DNA from: a candidate division FCPU426 bacterium
GTDB lineage: Bacteria > Oederibacteriota > Muellerivitia > Muellerivitales > Muellerivitaceae
Length of the DNA: 30,894 nucleotides
NCBI GenBank assembly: GCA_963830915.1
Contig: CAWHOE010000079.1
Coordinates: 1 to 30,894, forward strand
Direction: 5' to 3'
Under the pieces are notes generated by a model. That model had not been told where the DNA came from. It did no database searches and worked only from the letters and a program-made list of their open reading frames with translations. Below, piece by piece: positions 19,692 to 29,315 of the stretch (position 1 is its first letter; each line of letters opens with the position of its first letter). A program made the position numbers and the translations under genes.

Positions 19692-20564
19692 TTATGGGAA
19701 AACCGAAGGATCGCTTTTTCCTTCGAAAAGAGCGTTCAAAAGGTAAGCGAGACGCACCCCGGCTTTTTCCAACTGCCGGAACATGATGATTTTCATCTTG
19801 TCCGAGTAATATTCCTCAGGCAAGTCCCTTCCCCAATGATTCTTCTCAAGAAGCGGTCCCTCAGGGAGATCGGCATAGAGATCATCCCTGGCGATTGTGT
19901 AGGATTCCAACGCCCAATCGGAAGCTTTACCTTTTTCCCATTCTTTCTCATCATTGGTACTGATCTTTCGTTCCAATGCGCGGGCCAGGGCATTGGGATC
20001 CCCTCCTCCATGGGTCTGTAGCAGATTGTCCCAAAAGGCGTGGAAATTAACCCATTCATATCTTCGGCGGGATCCAGTCGTGTAATAACGGAACCATTTT
20101 TCGTTGCCTCCCCGATCATGGTCATCAGCGCAATGAAGGGGTTGGTGTAGATCCCCAACAAAATGGATCAAGAACTTCAAGGCTTCCCTTTTATCCCTTT
20201 TGGAGACAAAAGAAGCCTTCAGGATCCCCATGTCCTTGTCGATCTGGTCCACAACACAATCATGATCCTTACAGGCATCTGACAGATCGAACTCGCCCAC
20301 GGGTTGACGAACATTCAGATTGATGTAATGCCAGGGCGCGGTCTCAGGACGTTCTTTTTCGATGTGGTCGGCCCAAGAAGCGACTGATTCCATGCTCTCC
20401 CCGGGCCCAAGTAACTCGTGTACCGTCGACTTGGCTTGCGGTCCCAAACGGGTCCAAGCGATGAGGGCGATCGTCTTGTGGCCTTCCGATCCCCAAGCCC
20501 AAAGGGAATGGGCGGCAAAAAAAATGGTCAAGAAGCAAAAAAAATAGGACGTTTTCTTTAACAT
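19692..20564 (-). CDS. Secreted S1/P1 family nuclease
   Basis: Signal peptide then WGSEGH, WAD, WHYIN, HFVGDLHQPLH, DRGGN, HAFWD. Confidence 0.92.
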   Translation of the reverse strand: MLKKTSYFFCFLTIFFAAHSLWAWGSEGHKTIALIAWTRLGPQAKSTVHELLGPGESMESVASWADHIEKERPETAPWHYINLNVRQPVGEFDLSDACKDHDCVVDQIDKDMGILKASFVSKRDKREALKFLIHFVGDLHQPLHCADDHDRGGNEKWFRYYTTGSRRRYEWVNFHAFWDNLLQTHGGGDPNALARALERKISTNDEKEWEKGKASDWALESYTIARDDLYADLPEGPLLEKNHWGRDLPEEYYSDKMKIIMFRQLEKAGVRLAYLLNALFEGKSDPSVFP

Positions 20565-20581
20565 GGGCCCTGACCTAAAAC

Positions 20582-20608
20582 AAAAAAAGCCCGGGACGTG
20601 CCCGGGCT
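20582..20608 (-). terminator. Rho-independent terminator after ino1
   Basis: Minus strand AGCCCGGG-CACGT-CCCGGGCT running into a T tract. Confidence 0.8.
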
Positions 20609-20626
20609 CGTTCTTTCGAATGGCTC

Positions 20627-21727
20627 TCACCGGATCTTGATCGGGTGACCCGCCTTGGAGTACTTCGAGATGAAGCTTTCCACCAATTCGTGGGCTTCCG
20701 AATCGGAATACTGAATCGGAGGGGTTTTGAAGAAATAAGATGAAGGCCCTTCGATCGTTCCAGCCAGCTTGCAATCCAAGGCCATCTTGCAGCAGCGGAT
20801 CGCGTCGATGGCGACCCCCGCGCTATTGGGCGAATCCCAAACCTCGAGTTTGAGTTCCAGGGTGACCGGGACGTCCCCGAACTGCTTTCCTTCCAGGCGG
20901 ATATGGGCCCATTTACGGTCCTGAAGCCATGGCACATAGTCGGAGGGACCGATATAGATGTTCTGGGGATCAATCGGATGGGACAATTGGCTGACCACCG
21001 CGCCCGTCTTGGAGATCTTCTTGGATTCCAATCGGTCGCGTTCCAGCATATTCTTGAAGTCCATATTGCCTCCAAAATTCAACTGGGAAGTGCGTTCCAA
21101 CATGACCCCGCGGTCGGAGAACATCTTGGACAGGATCCGGTGGGTAATGGTAGCCCCCACCTGGGCCTTGATGTCATCGCCCAGGACCGGCAAGCCGGCT
21201 TGTTCGAATTTTTTCGCCCAGGCTGGATTGGACGCGATGAAAACCGGCATGCAATTGACCATCCCGACCCCGGCCTTGATGGCCTCGTTCGCGTAGAACT
21301 TCCCCGCTTCCTCGCTGCCCACGGGCAGATAATTGACCAGGACATCGGTTTTGGTCTCTTTTAATATCCTCGCCACATCCACCGGTTTGTCGGCGGACTC
21401 GGTCACCACTTCCCGATAATATTTGCCCAGACCGTCCAAAGTGGGGCCCCGATGGACCTTGACCCCTAGAGCCGGGACATCACAGAACTTGATGGTATTG
21501 TTGATAGGCGCGAAGATGGCCTCTCCCAGATCCTTGCCGACCTTGTTGGAATCCACGTCGAAGGCGCAGGAAAATTCGATGTCGCCCACATGGTATTCAC
21601 CCAATCTCACATGCATGAGCCCTGGGACGAAACCTTCTTCCTCGGCGTCACGGTAATAGCGCACGCCCTGCACGAGGGATGAGGCGCAACACCCCACACC
21701 CACCAAGGCCACTCGGATCTTTGGCAT
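20627..21727 (-). CDS. ino1: myo-Inositol-1-phosphate synthase
   Basis: [73 protein letters not shown]. Confidence 0.95.
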   Translation of the reverse strand: MPKIRVALVGVGCCASSLVQGVRYYRDAEEEGFVPGLMHVRLGEYHVGDIEFSCAFDVDSNKVGKDLGEAIFAPINNTIKFCDVPALGVKVHRGPTLDGLGKYYREVVTESADKPVDVARILKETKTDVLVNYLPVGSEEAGKFYANEAIKAGVGMVNCMPVFIASNPAWAKKFEQAGLPVLGDDIKAQVGATITHRILSKMFSDRGVMLERTSQLNFGGNMDFKNMLERDRLESKKISKTGAVVSQLSHPIDPQNIYIGPSDYVPWLQDRKWAHIRLEGKQFGDVPVTLELKLEVWDSPNSAGVAIDAIRCCKMALDCKLAGTIEGPSSYFFKTPPIQYSDSEAHELVESFISKYSKAGHPIKIR

Positions 21728-21759
21728 AATTAGGGATACCTCCAACAGATAATGTCTTT

Positions 21760-22341
21760 TCAGCTTTTCAATGCTTTACTTTTCACCCAAACCCTGACGA
21801 CTCTTTGGACCACGGTGATCAGCGTTAGAATCCCCACCACCCCCAACGCTAAGGTCGGACACGAGGCAAGAAACCCGAAAGATAATAGCAAAACCCTTCC
21901 AGGACGGGCCAGAACACCCACTTCACAATCGATCCCCAAACCTTCCGCCCTGGCTCGGGTATAGGACACGAGGAAGGCTAATATTGAGACGCTGAACGCC
22001 AGTTGAAGTTCCCACAATTGTTGGTGTTGATAATAATACAATATAAATCCGCCAAAAACGACGGCCTCCGAGATCCGGTCCAATGTGGAATCCCAAAAGG
22101 CCCCGAATTTGCTTTTCTTGCCCGCGAATCTCGCCAGAGAACCGTCCAGAATATCGAAAAAACCAGCGGCCAGAAGCCATAAACCCGCTCCCATCCAATG
22201 ACCCTGGACCATCATCAACGGCACACCACAAGTAACCAGGACGCCAAAAAGAGTGACCCAGTTCGGGCCTATCTTGGATTGGGTCAACAAACGACAGATG
22301 GGCCTCACAGCGCGGTCGTTAAAACCCTTGATGCCTGTCAA
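21760..22341 (-). CDS. CDP-alcohol phosphatidyltransferase (likely phosphatidylinositol-phosphate synthase type); start uncertain
   Basis: PNWVTL, signature DILDGSLAR...[25 protein letters not shown]; adjacent to ino1. The real start may be ATG22379 with a frameshift in the C6 run. Confidence 0.85.
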   Translation of the reverse strand: MTGIKGFNDRAVRPICRLLTQSKIGPNWVTLFGVLVTCGVPLMMVQGHWMGAGLWLLAAGFFDILDGSLARFAGKKSKFGAFWDSTLDRISEAVVFGGFILYYYQHQQLWELQLAFSVSILAFLVSYTRARAEGLGIDCEVGVLARPGRVLLLSFGFLASCPTLALGVVGILTLITVVQRVVRVWVKSKALKS

Positions 22342-22378
22342 TTCCTTAAGGGGGGATGCGATCGGAATGCTCCTGGCA

Positions 22379-23116
22379 TTATTTAAGTGTGAACCGCTCG
22401 CCCAGATAGATCTCACGCGCCCTCTTATTGGAAGCGAGCTTAGCGGCCGTTCCTGAGAGAAGTATCTTCCCCTCGAACATGATATAGGCTCGATCCACGA
22501 TCGAGAGGGTTTCCCGAACATTATGGTCGGTGATGAGGATGCCGATCTTCTTCTTCTTGAGGAATCGAATGATACCCTGGATATCCTGCACCGCGATCGG
22601 ATCAATACCGACGAAAGGTTCATCCAACAGGATGAAATGGGGTTGAAGGACCAGGGCCCGGGCGATCTCCACCCGGCGTCTCTCGCCGCCAGAGAGCGTA
22701 TAGGCCTTTTGTTTGGCTAAATGGGAGACTTTCAACTCTTCCAACAATTCCCTCAACTTGGTCTCCCGATCCACTGGGGAAAGGGGCGTGAGTTCCAGTA
22801 TAGCCATTAGATTTTCCTCGACCGTTAGTTTCCGGAAAATGGAAGGCTCTTGAGGAAGGTAGGCGATTCCCATCCTGGCCCGGCGATACATGGGCAGCTG
22901 GGTAATATCGTGAACCTGGCCCTCTTCCTCAAAAAAAACCTCGCCCGAATTAGGAGCGATGAAACCTGTGGTCATGTAAAAGGTCGTGGTCTTGCCGGCC
23001 CCATTGGGCCCCAGTAGTCCGACTACTTCGCCCTGATGGACCTCGATGGAGACGTGGTCAACGACCTTCTTTTTATTGTAAGTTTTTACAAGATTTTGGG
23101 TTCTCAGTATCTTCAT
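22379..23116 (-). CDS. lptB: LPS export ABC transporter ATP-binding protein
   Basis: GLLGPNGAGKTTTFYM, YLPQEPSIFRKLTVEEN, LSGGERRRVEIARAL, LLDEPF, ITDHNVRETL. Confidence 0.96.
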   Translation of the reverse strand: MKILRTQNLVKTYNKKKVVDHVSIEVHQGEVVGLLGPNGAGKTTTFYMTTGFIAPNSGEVFFEEEGQVHDITQLPMYRRARMGIAYLPQEPSIFRKLTVEENLMAILELTPLSPVDRETKLRELLEELKVSHLAKQKAYTLSGGERRRVEIARALVLQPHFILLDEPFVGIDPIAVQDIQGIIRFLKKKKIGILITDHNVRETLSIVDRAYIMFEGKILLSGTAAKLASNKRAREIYLGERFTLK

Positions 23117-23135
23117 GCTGATCCTTACGACGGTA

Positions 23136-24026
23136 TTAATGACGCGGCGGCCCTTGATATCCAGCTGGAAATATTCCATTGCCGGGAGGCGGAGTGGGAG
23201 TGGTGCTTGGATTCAATCCGCTACTCGTAGCGCTCGAAGAACCGCCTACAGAAACATTCCCTGAAGAATCGCTCCCGGACTTTCCTCCACCCGTAACCTG
23301 GCTTGTCCCCTTGGAATTACTTATATTATCGGAAACCGACTTTCCATGGGGGTAAAAGGTGGCTTCCGCCAAACCCTCGACCAGGATACTTCGATTCAAG
23401 CCCAGGTTTGTGGTGATCCGGCGTCCTTGAAGATCCCCAGTCGAGGTTATAACCTTGGGATCGTCTTCCAGGATGAATTTGTCCTCCCTGGAAAGATAAG
23501 TCGCCTTCTGCGCATCCGCTTCCCCGTCGTCATGGATGATCTTCACATTCTGATTGATGACCGCCGTCTTGTTCTCCGAATCCAATTCGATCTGTCTTCC
23601 CTGAATGGTCAAAGGCTTGCCATTTTCATCCTGCGCCGTGAGAAGAGGGTGATCATGGGCCGTCATCAAGTCCATCAAATCTTGGTATTCCAGGTTGCCG
23701 CAAGTCAGGGTCATGCCTGAGCTAGGGTCGATCACGATCACATGCCCCTCGGCGGTGGCTTCCCGGTTATTCTCGAAAGCCCTGAGTTCCTTGGCGGTCA
23801 ATGTTACCTGATCATGGATGGCCTTCACGTTGCCCTTGAATAGGGTCATGCTCAAGAAGCGGTTGAACAAAAGCTGATTGGCCGAAATCGCGACCGGTTT
23901 ACGGGAGGAAACGTTTTTATGTTCCTTGATCTCATAGGCTCCGAGCCACCCGGCGGCCAGCATGAGTCCGATCAAGATCGTGAGTTTTTTAAAATTTCTT
24001 GGGTTCACTGAATGTCTCGACCTCAT
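23136..24026 (-). CDS. lptA: LptA/OstA-like periplasmic LPS transport protein; start uncertain
   Basis: Signal-like N-terminus, beta-jellyroll motifs (FKGNVKA, AEGHVIV, NVKII), position between lptC and lptB, Ser/Gly/Pro-rich tail. Confidence 0.7.
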   Translation of the reverse strand: MRSRHSVNPRNFKKLTILIGLMLAAGWLGAYEIKEHKNVSSRKPVAISANQLLFNRFLSMTLFKGNVKAIHDQVTLTAKELRAFENNREATAEGHVIVIDPSSGMTLTCGNLEYQDLMDLMTAHDHPLLTAQDENGKPLTIQGRQIELDSENKTAVINQNVKIIHDDGEADAQKATYLSREDKFILEDDPKVITSTGDLQGRRITTNLGLNRSILVEGLAEATFYPHGKSVSDNISNSKGTSQVTGGGKSGSDSSGNVSVGGSSSATSSGLNPSTTPTPPPGNGIFPAGYQGPPRH

Positions 24027-24651
24027 GGGTATCCCGCACTTGGGTTTTGACGTCTTTCATGAAATGGATGTTATTGAGTTGGGTGTCCGCGATCAGGCCT
24101 ATGGCCGTGATCTCATCCGCTCCCTTGTAAATATGGACCCTGCCGTCGGTTTTGATCTGGTCGGTGTCCTGGTCCCAGGAAAGTTTTTCCGTTTCCAACT
24201 TGGAACCATTTTCCACGATCAATTCCACATGCCCCTCCGCCAGAGTAGCGTTGGTTTCTGTATTGATCTGGGCCTGGTCCGCGGTCAAGGTCGACGCGAT
24301 CTTGCCTTTTTTGTAGTACTGGCAAGTGATGTTGTCAGCGTAGGCCTCCTTTTGGTTTTGATAAAGCCTGGCCTTGTTGGAATACATTTCCCAATGTCTT
24401 TCGCCTTGGACAGTGGAAACCAAATGGAAATCCTCAATGACAGCGTCCGGAGAGTTCCCACCTTGTGAAACTACCTCAACGCCGGGTGCCTTTTCCCCAT
24501 TTTTGTTCAAGGCAAAAAAGAGTCCCACAATACCAGCGACCGCGAGCCCAATGATCCAAAAAACACGTTTGGAACGAACATTCTCCTGCCGGACAGGGCC
24601 CTCTTCTAGGAGCGGTTCTTCCTCGATAAGTTTTGTTTTTTCCCGCTTCAA
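23989..24651 (-). CDS. lptC: LPS export protein LptC
   Basis: Single N-terminal TM, LTADQA, AEGHVELI, LETEKLSWD; AAGGAG RBS before TTG; synteny. Confidence 0.8.
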   Translation of the reverse strand: MKREKTKLIEEEPLLEEGPVRQENVRSKRVFWIIGLAVAGIVGLFFALNKNGEKAPGVEVVSQGGNSPDAVIEDFHLVSTVQGERHWEMYSNKARLYQNQKEAYADNITCQYYKKGKIASTLTADQAQINTETNATLAEGHVELIVENGSKLETEKLSWDQDTDQIKTDGRVHIYKGADEITAIGLIADTQLNNIHFMKDVKTQVRDTHEVETFSEPKKF

Positions 24652-24683
24652 GACAACTCCTTAAAACTCATTTAAAAACACAA

Positions 24684-24725
24684 TTACTTCTCATCCGGTG
24701 GTCGCGTTTTCCAACGCGGATGCAT
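24684..24725 (-). repeat. Second, recoded copy of the last 14 codons of the acyltransferase gene
   Basis: Encodes MHPRWKTRPPDEK* versus MHPRWKTRPEDEK* at 24812-24853; 34/42 nt identical. Confidence 0.9.
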
Positions 24726-24769
24726 CGGACCGTCACATCAAAAAAGCAAAGAAACAAAGTAATGGTCGC

Positions 24770-24795
24770 CCCTTGGACGCCTTAGCGTCCAAGGG
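24770..24795. repeat. Perfect 11-bp inverted repeat
   Basis: CCCTTGGACGC-CTTA-GCGTCCAAGGG. Confidence 0.85.
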
Positions 24796-24811
24796 CACAT
24801 CCCACGGCTAG

Positions 24812-25730
24812 TTACTTCTCATCCTCTGGTCGAGTCTTCCACCTAGGGTGCATCCACATCCATTGTTCCGGATAAGTCCGGACATATTTCTCCACCACCT
24901 CAGTATACCGCCGGACCCGTTGCAAAATATCCTTATCCCGGTCCCCAGTTTCCTGGCCTATTATCTCTTTTTCAGCGTGGAACTCGAAACAACCATCTTT
25001 TCCCCGGATGACAAAGGCCGGGACTAGGGCCGCGCCGGTCTTGAGGGCGATGCGCGCCACCCCCGACTGGGTCCATGCCTGTTTACCGAAAAAAGGGACA
25101 AAGACCCCGTCTTTTCCCGTGTCCTGGTCCACCAATGCGATGACGACTCGATTCTCTTTCAACGCCTCCATGATGCCACGCAGGGCCACTCCACGCTTGA
25201 TCATGGACACCCGCAGCTTCTTTTCCCGGAAATCGGTCATGATCGAGTCAAGACGTGGATCGTACAGGTTTTGGGCCACTGCCGAAACCGGAACTCGGGA
25301 AGATATATAGTTGGCCATCAATTCCCATTGGCCCAAATGGGCGGATACCAGCAGCACACCCTTCCCCTTGTCCAACGCCTTCTGAACATGCTCCCATCCC
25401 ATCGCTCGAAAGACCTGGGCGGTGATCCTCTCGGGAGGCCATCGGCGCCACTGGATCGTTTCGAATAGGTTCTGTCCCAACCGGATCCAAACCTCCCGTC
25501 CCAGCTTCACCCTTTGGCTTTCGGACAATGTCCCGGAAAAAGCCGTCCTTATGCTTTCCAAAGTCCTCCGCCGTTCCCCCCGGATGGCGAGGAAGAAAAA
25601 GTCCCGAACATCCTGCCGAAAAAACCGGCCAGCGCCTTGGCAATAGGGGGATGAGTACCAAGGCCGCACGGACGAAAAGGTAAATGAGGTCGTTCTTGAG
25701 TTTTTGGAGGGGGCGGGCCAAAAGGATCAA
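24812..25730 (-). CDS. Lipid A late acyltransferase (LpxL/HtrB family); frameshift(s) near 25595-25640
   Basis: KGVLLVSAHLGQWE, LVDQD, VFVPFFG, YPEQWMWMHPRWKTRP; N-terminus ARPLQKLKNDLIYLFVRAALVLIPLLP lies in another frame. Confidence 0.88.
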
Positions 25731-26284
25731 CCGAAAAGGCTGTGGTTCGAGGGAGCGTGGTTGTTGGCCTGATGGAACAAATGGATGGTCCTCATCCAGA
25801 CGCCCTGGGCTTTCAGTATTTTCTCCACCACTTCCCGGAAGGCCCCGTCCCCGCCACGGGCGTGGGTAACGAAATCCACCGCTCTTTTCACTTCCGGTCG
25901 TCCGTTGGGAACGGTCGCGGACCATCCCGCTTGGATCAATAAAGGCAGGTCGATGAGATCATCGCCCATATAGGCCACCTGGGAAAGGCTGTAACCATAT
26001 TTCCGGCACACCTGGCGGGCCACGGTGAGTTTGTCCAATTTCCCCTGGTAGAGGATGGGCACCTTCAACTTTTTGGCCCGGACCGCTACCGGCTTGGAGT
26101 TCCGTCCCGAGATCCATCCCACCTGTAGTCCCCCGTACTCGGCCAGTTTTTGCCCGATACCATCCTGGATATCGAAACGGACATACTCGTCCTTGACCCC
26201 CGCGTAGGTCTTGCCGTCGGTGAGGATGCCGTCCACATCCGTAAGAAGGAGCTTGATATTGTGGATTCCCATGGGTTTTGCCAT
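25727..26284 (-). CDS. kdsC: KDO 8-phosphate phosphatase
   Basis: HAD motif TDVDGILTDG, FDIQDGIG, YMGDDLIDLP, GGDGAFREVVE. Confidence 0.92.
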   Translation of the reverse strand: MAKPMGIHNIKLLLTDVDGILTDGKTYAGVKDEYVRFDIQDGIGQKLAEYGGLQVGWISGRNSKPVAVRAKKLKVPILYQGKLDKLTVARQVCRKYGYSLSQVAYMGDDLIDLPLLIQAGWSATVPNGRPEVKRAVDFVTHARGGDGAFREVVEKILKAQGVWMRTIHLFHQANNHAPSNHSLFG

Positions 26285-27252
26285 TAGATGATCTTGATCC
26301 GGCCTCGGCCGAGAAGGTCGTGCAAATGGACCATCCCGACGGGCCTTTTTTTCGAGTCCACCACGATGAGTTGGAAAATGGCCTTCTCTTCCATCAGTTG
26401 AAGGGCGTGGGCCAGGGAAAGATCGGCGGAAGTGGTTGTGGGTTTGGGTGTGCGGAGATTGCTAGCGTTCCATCGGCGGATATCCGGATCTTTCAAAAGA
26501 GCCCGTCTCAGGTCCCCGTCCACGATGATGCCGACCAGACGGCCCTTGGCGTCCACCACGCAGGTCGAGCCCACTTTCTTCGCGTTGATCTCGCGCACTA
26601 TCTTCGGGAAAGAAGCTTCCAGGGGAACCTTGGGGACCTGACTTCCTTTGCGCATGATCGAGGATATCTTCATTTGCAGGCGACGGCCCAGTTCCCCTCC
26701 GGGATGAAAAAGAGCGAAATCCTTCTCGGTAAAGCCGTGTTCCTCAAGCAAGGCGATGGCCAGGGCGTCACCCATGGCCAGGGTGGCGGTCGTGCTGGCG
26801 GTCGGAGACAGGTTCAGGGGACAGGCTTCCTTCTTCACTCCCACGTCCACGAAAACATCGCAGAGCTTCGAAAGATTAGCGGAAGGGTTCCCGGTGAAAA
26901 GGATGATCTTGCAGCCCATGCGCTTCAGGTGTGGCAGGAGCGTCTTCAGTTCGTCGGTCTCGCCGCTGTTGGAAAGGGCCAGCACAACATCCCCCTTGGC
27001 GGCCTTCCCCATATCGCCGTGCAGGGCCTCGGCCGGGCTCATGAAAAAGGAGGGTGTCCCGGTTGAGGAAAGGGTGGCGGCGATCTTTTCGCCGATCAAT
27101 CCGGACTTTCCCATGCCGGTCACCACCACGCGGCCGCGGGAAGAAAGGATGATCTTCACGGCCCTATCGAAGGACTTGCCCGTTTTCTTAAGGAGTTGAA
27201 GCAGGCCGTCCGCCTCGATCCTCAATACCCTTTTGGCCGTGGAGACGCTCAT
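26284..27252 (-). CDS. kdsD: Arabinose 5-phosphate isomerase (KpsF/GutQ family, SIS + CBS)
   Basis: GMGKSG, EALHGDMG, SNSGETDE, EACPLNLSPTASTT, FHPGGELG, DGDLRR. Confidence 0.95.
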   Translation of the reverse strand: MSVSTAKRVLRIEADGLLQLLKKTGKSFDRAVKIILSSRGRVVVTGMGKSGLIGEKIAATLSSTGTPSFFMSPAEALHGDMGKAAKGDVVLALSNSGETDELKTLLPHLKRMGCKIILFTGNPSANLSKLCDVFVDVGVKKEACPLNLSPTASTTATLAMGDALAIALLEEHGFTEKDFALFHPGGELGRRLQMKISSIMRKGSQVPKVPLEASFPKIVREINAKKVGSTCVVDAKGRLVGIIVDGDLRRALLKDPDIRRWNASNLRTPKPTTTSADLSLAHALQLMEEKAIFQLIVVDSKKRPVGMVHLHDLLGRGRIKII

Positions 27253-27258
27253 ATTGGA

Positions 27259-27969
27259 TCAGTCCTTCAGATAGATATATCGCCCGCAGTTGCAGCGTTG
27301 AATGGAGAGGTTCCGATTGATCTCGTTCATGATCTGGGGCGCCACTTTCATGAAACAGCCGCTGCAGGTCTGGTCTTCCAGCACCTGGGCCACCGCCACC
27401 TTCTTGCCGGCGTGCCGGAGGGCCTCATAACCCTCCGCGTATTCGGTCGTGATCGCGGCCAATTGCTTCTTTCGTTCCGCCGTCTTTTCCAGGATGGCCT
27501 GATCGCAATCCGCGATCTTCTGTTGATGGGTCTTCTTTTCCGCCTCGGCTTTTTTCTCAGCCGCGGCCAGTTCCTGGGACAGTCCCTGGAGCTTCTTCTT
27601 TTGCTCGTCCTCCTGGAAGAGGACCTCCAGTTCCTTTTCCTCGGTCTTGGCTTTCTCTTCCTTGGCCTTCTCGATCTCCTGCTTCAGGGCGGCGAATTGC
27701 TCGTTGCTCTTGACCTCCACTTCCTGGCTCTGATATTTGGCGATCTTGCTGTCGAAGGTCCCTATCTCGATTTCCAGGGTCTTGCGCTTTTTCAGAAGGT
27801 CATCCTGGACCTTCTTTTCGTCCTGGATCCTCTTTTTAAGCTCGTTCACCGCCCCATCCAGGCCGGCGATCTCCTGGAGGAAGTTCTTTTTGTGTTTTTC
27901 CAATTCGTCCAGACCCGAGTCGGTCTTTTGGAGGACGACCAATTGTTGCAGCGATTCGTTGAAATCCAA
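27259..27969 (-). CDS. Coiled-coil C4-type zinc-ribbon domain protein
   Basis: Long Lys/Glu coiled coil ending CSGC...CNCGRYIY; AAGGA RBS before TTG27969. Confidence 0.85.
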   Translation of the reverse strand: MDFNESLQQLVVLQKTDSGLDELEKHKKNFLQEIAGLDGAVNELKKRIQDEKKVQDDLLKKRKTLEIEIGTFDSKIAKYQSQEVEVKSNEQFAALKQEIEKAKEEKAKTEEKELEVLFQEDEQKKKLQGLSQELAAAEKKAEAEKKTHQQKIADCDQAILEKTAERKKQLAAITTEYAEGYEALRHAGKKVAVAQVLEDQTCSGCFMKVAPQIMNEINRNLSIQRCNCGRYIYLKD

Positions 27970-28025
27970 TGGTATTTTCCTTTTCTTATGGCAGAGCGGA
28001 CCCCGTCTGGTATCGGCGGTTTTGA

Positions 28026-28054
28026 AGTTTAACACGAGCCCAGAGCCTTTTTAA
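28026..28054 (-). promoter_or_regulatory. Possible sigma-70 promoter for the zinc-ribbon/kds/lpt operon
   Basis: Minus strand TTAAAA-N17-TAAACT with extended -10 TG. Confidence 0.35.
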
Positions 28055-28197
28055 CCATAAATATCGAGGGCGGTCTGTGGCAATGGCCAAAAACCGTTGT
28101 TAAAATGCCAAAACCCGATCAAGGGGAACCGGCTTGGCTTCACCCCGTCCCTACCCCATGATCCAAGGTCCCACTCCAGGTCCACCGAAAGGCGCTT

Positions 28198-28677
28198 ATG
28201 GACGAAACGGCCAAAAAAAAATTATTGCGGATGATCCCGGACGCCCTCTATGTGCTGACCAGCCAGGAGGACGGAAAGACTGCCGCTTCCACCATTACCT
28301 GGTTGTCCCAGGTCTCCTTCAAGCCTCCCCTGATCATGGCAGGCGTGAAGAAAGGGACCCATACTTACGAAGTCGTCGGGACGGCGAAAGCCTTTGTCAT
28401 CAACTATTTGGGGGAAGGCCAGAAGGATCTGGCGCAGAAATTCTTCAAACATTTGGAGCCGGAAGGCGATCAATTGGGTGGGGAGCCCTACAAGCCCAGT
28501 CCGGTCCTAGGGTTCCCGGTCTTTCCGGGGATGGCCGGATTCCTGGAATGCCGGGTGACCGATATCATTGACCGGGGGGATCACGCCGTGGTCGTTGCCG
28601 AAGTGGTGGAAGCGGGTTTAGGACTGGTCCCGGGGCCTTTGCTCTTATCCTCGACCGGCTGGCAATACGGCGGTTAA
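28198..28677 (+). CDS. Flavin reductase family protein
   Basis: LYVLT, WLSQVSFKPPL, FVINYL, LECRV...GDHAVVVAEV, TGWQYGG. Confidence 0.9.
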   Translation: MDETAKKKLLRMIPDALYVLTSQEDGKTAASTITWLSQVSFKPPLIMAGVKKGTHTYEVVGTAKAFVINYLGEGQKDLAQKFFKHLEPEGDQLGGEPYKPSPVLGFPVFPGMAGFLECRVTDIIDRGDHAVVVAEVVEAGLGLVPGPLLLSSTGWQYGG

Positions 28678-28696
28678 CAAAACGCCATTGTCCCGA

Positions 28697-29278
28697 TCAA
28701 GCAGACGGGATCTTTTTCAACTGACCTTCGATGGAAAAAGCGCCTTCCACCGTCACCGTAAAACCCGTCAGCTTCCGGGAATCCATTTCGGGCGCCAGTT
28801 GGTAAGGCGCTCCCCCATAGAACCCATCCAGGAAGTTCTTTAGGATGGCTTCCATTTCCTCCAGGCTCCAATCTTCATGGGGGGCGGCCAGGCGGTCGTT
28901 CAGGGTGATCCTCAAACGGTTCGGGGAGAATTTCAATTTCCCCGCGAACTCCGTTTCCTTTTCGAGCAAGGAACAGGCCAGGAAGGCCCTTCGAAAAGCG
29001 GTCGAAAGATTGGCTTCCTCGGTAGTCCCAACAGGCCTCTTCTGGTTATAAAGAAAACCCCTCTTGCCATCCGTCTCGTCCAGGCTGTAGTTCCCCTCAT
29101 GGGCGATCAAGAGCACTCCCGGCCCCTGGAACACATGGGTATATTCGGCCACATCCACCAGCATTCCGGGGAGTTTGTCCTGCTGGATCCACCGATGGAA
29201 CACGGGGATGAACAACTTCAACGGGAGTTCCTCTCCCTTTTCCAGGAATACCTTGATGTTGAGCTTTCTTAAATCCAT
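28697..29278 (-). CDS. Hypothetical protein downstream of sulfite/nitrite reductase
   Basis: 193-aa ORF with AAGGAAGG RBS, protein-like composition, IPVFHRWIQ...DVAEYTHV..GPGVLLIAHE. Confidence 0.8.
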   Translation of the reverse strand: MDLRKLNIKVFLEKGEELPLKLFIPVFHRWIQQDKLPGMLVDVAEYTHVFQGPGVLLIAHEGNYSLDETDGKRGFLYNQKRPVGTTEEANLSTAFRRAFLACSLLEKETEFAGKLKFSPNRLRITLNDRLAAPHEDWSLEEMEAILKNFLDGFYGGAPYQLAPEMDSRKLTGFTVTVEGAFSIEGQLKKIPSA

Positions 29279-29315
29279 GACCCTTCCTTATATATACGTC
29301 CCAGACCCAACCGGC

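Noticed and set aside
24684..24853. Duplicate gene end as a DGR template/variable pair or a transposon target-site duplication
   Set aside because: Differences are not adenine-specific and are mostly synonymous; too long and diverged for a TSD; no RT or transposase present
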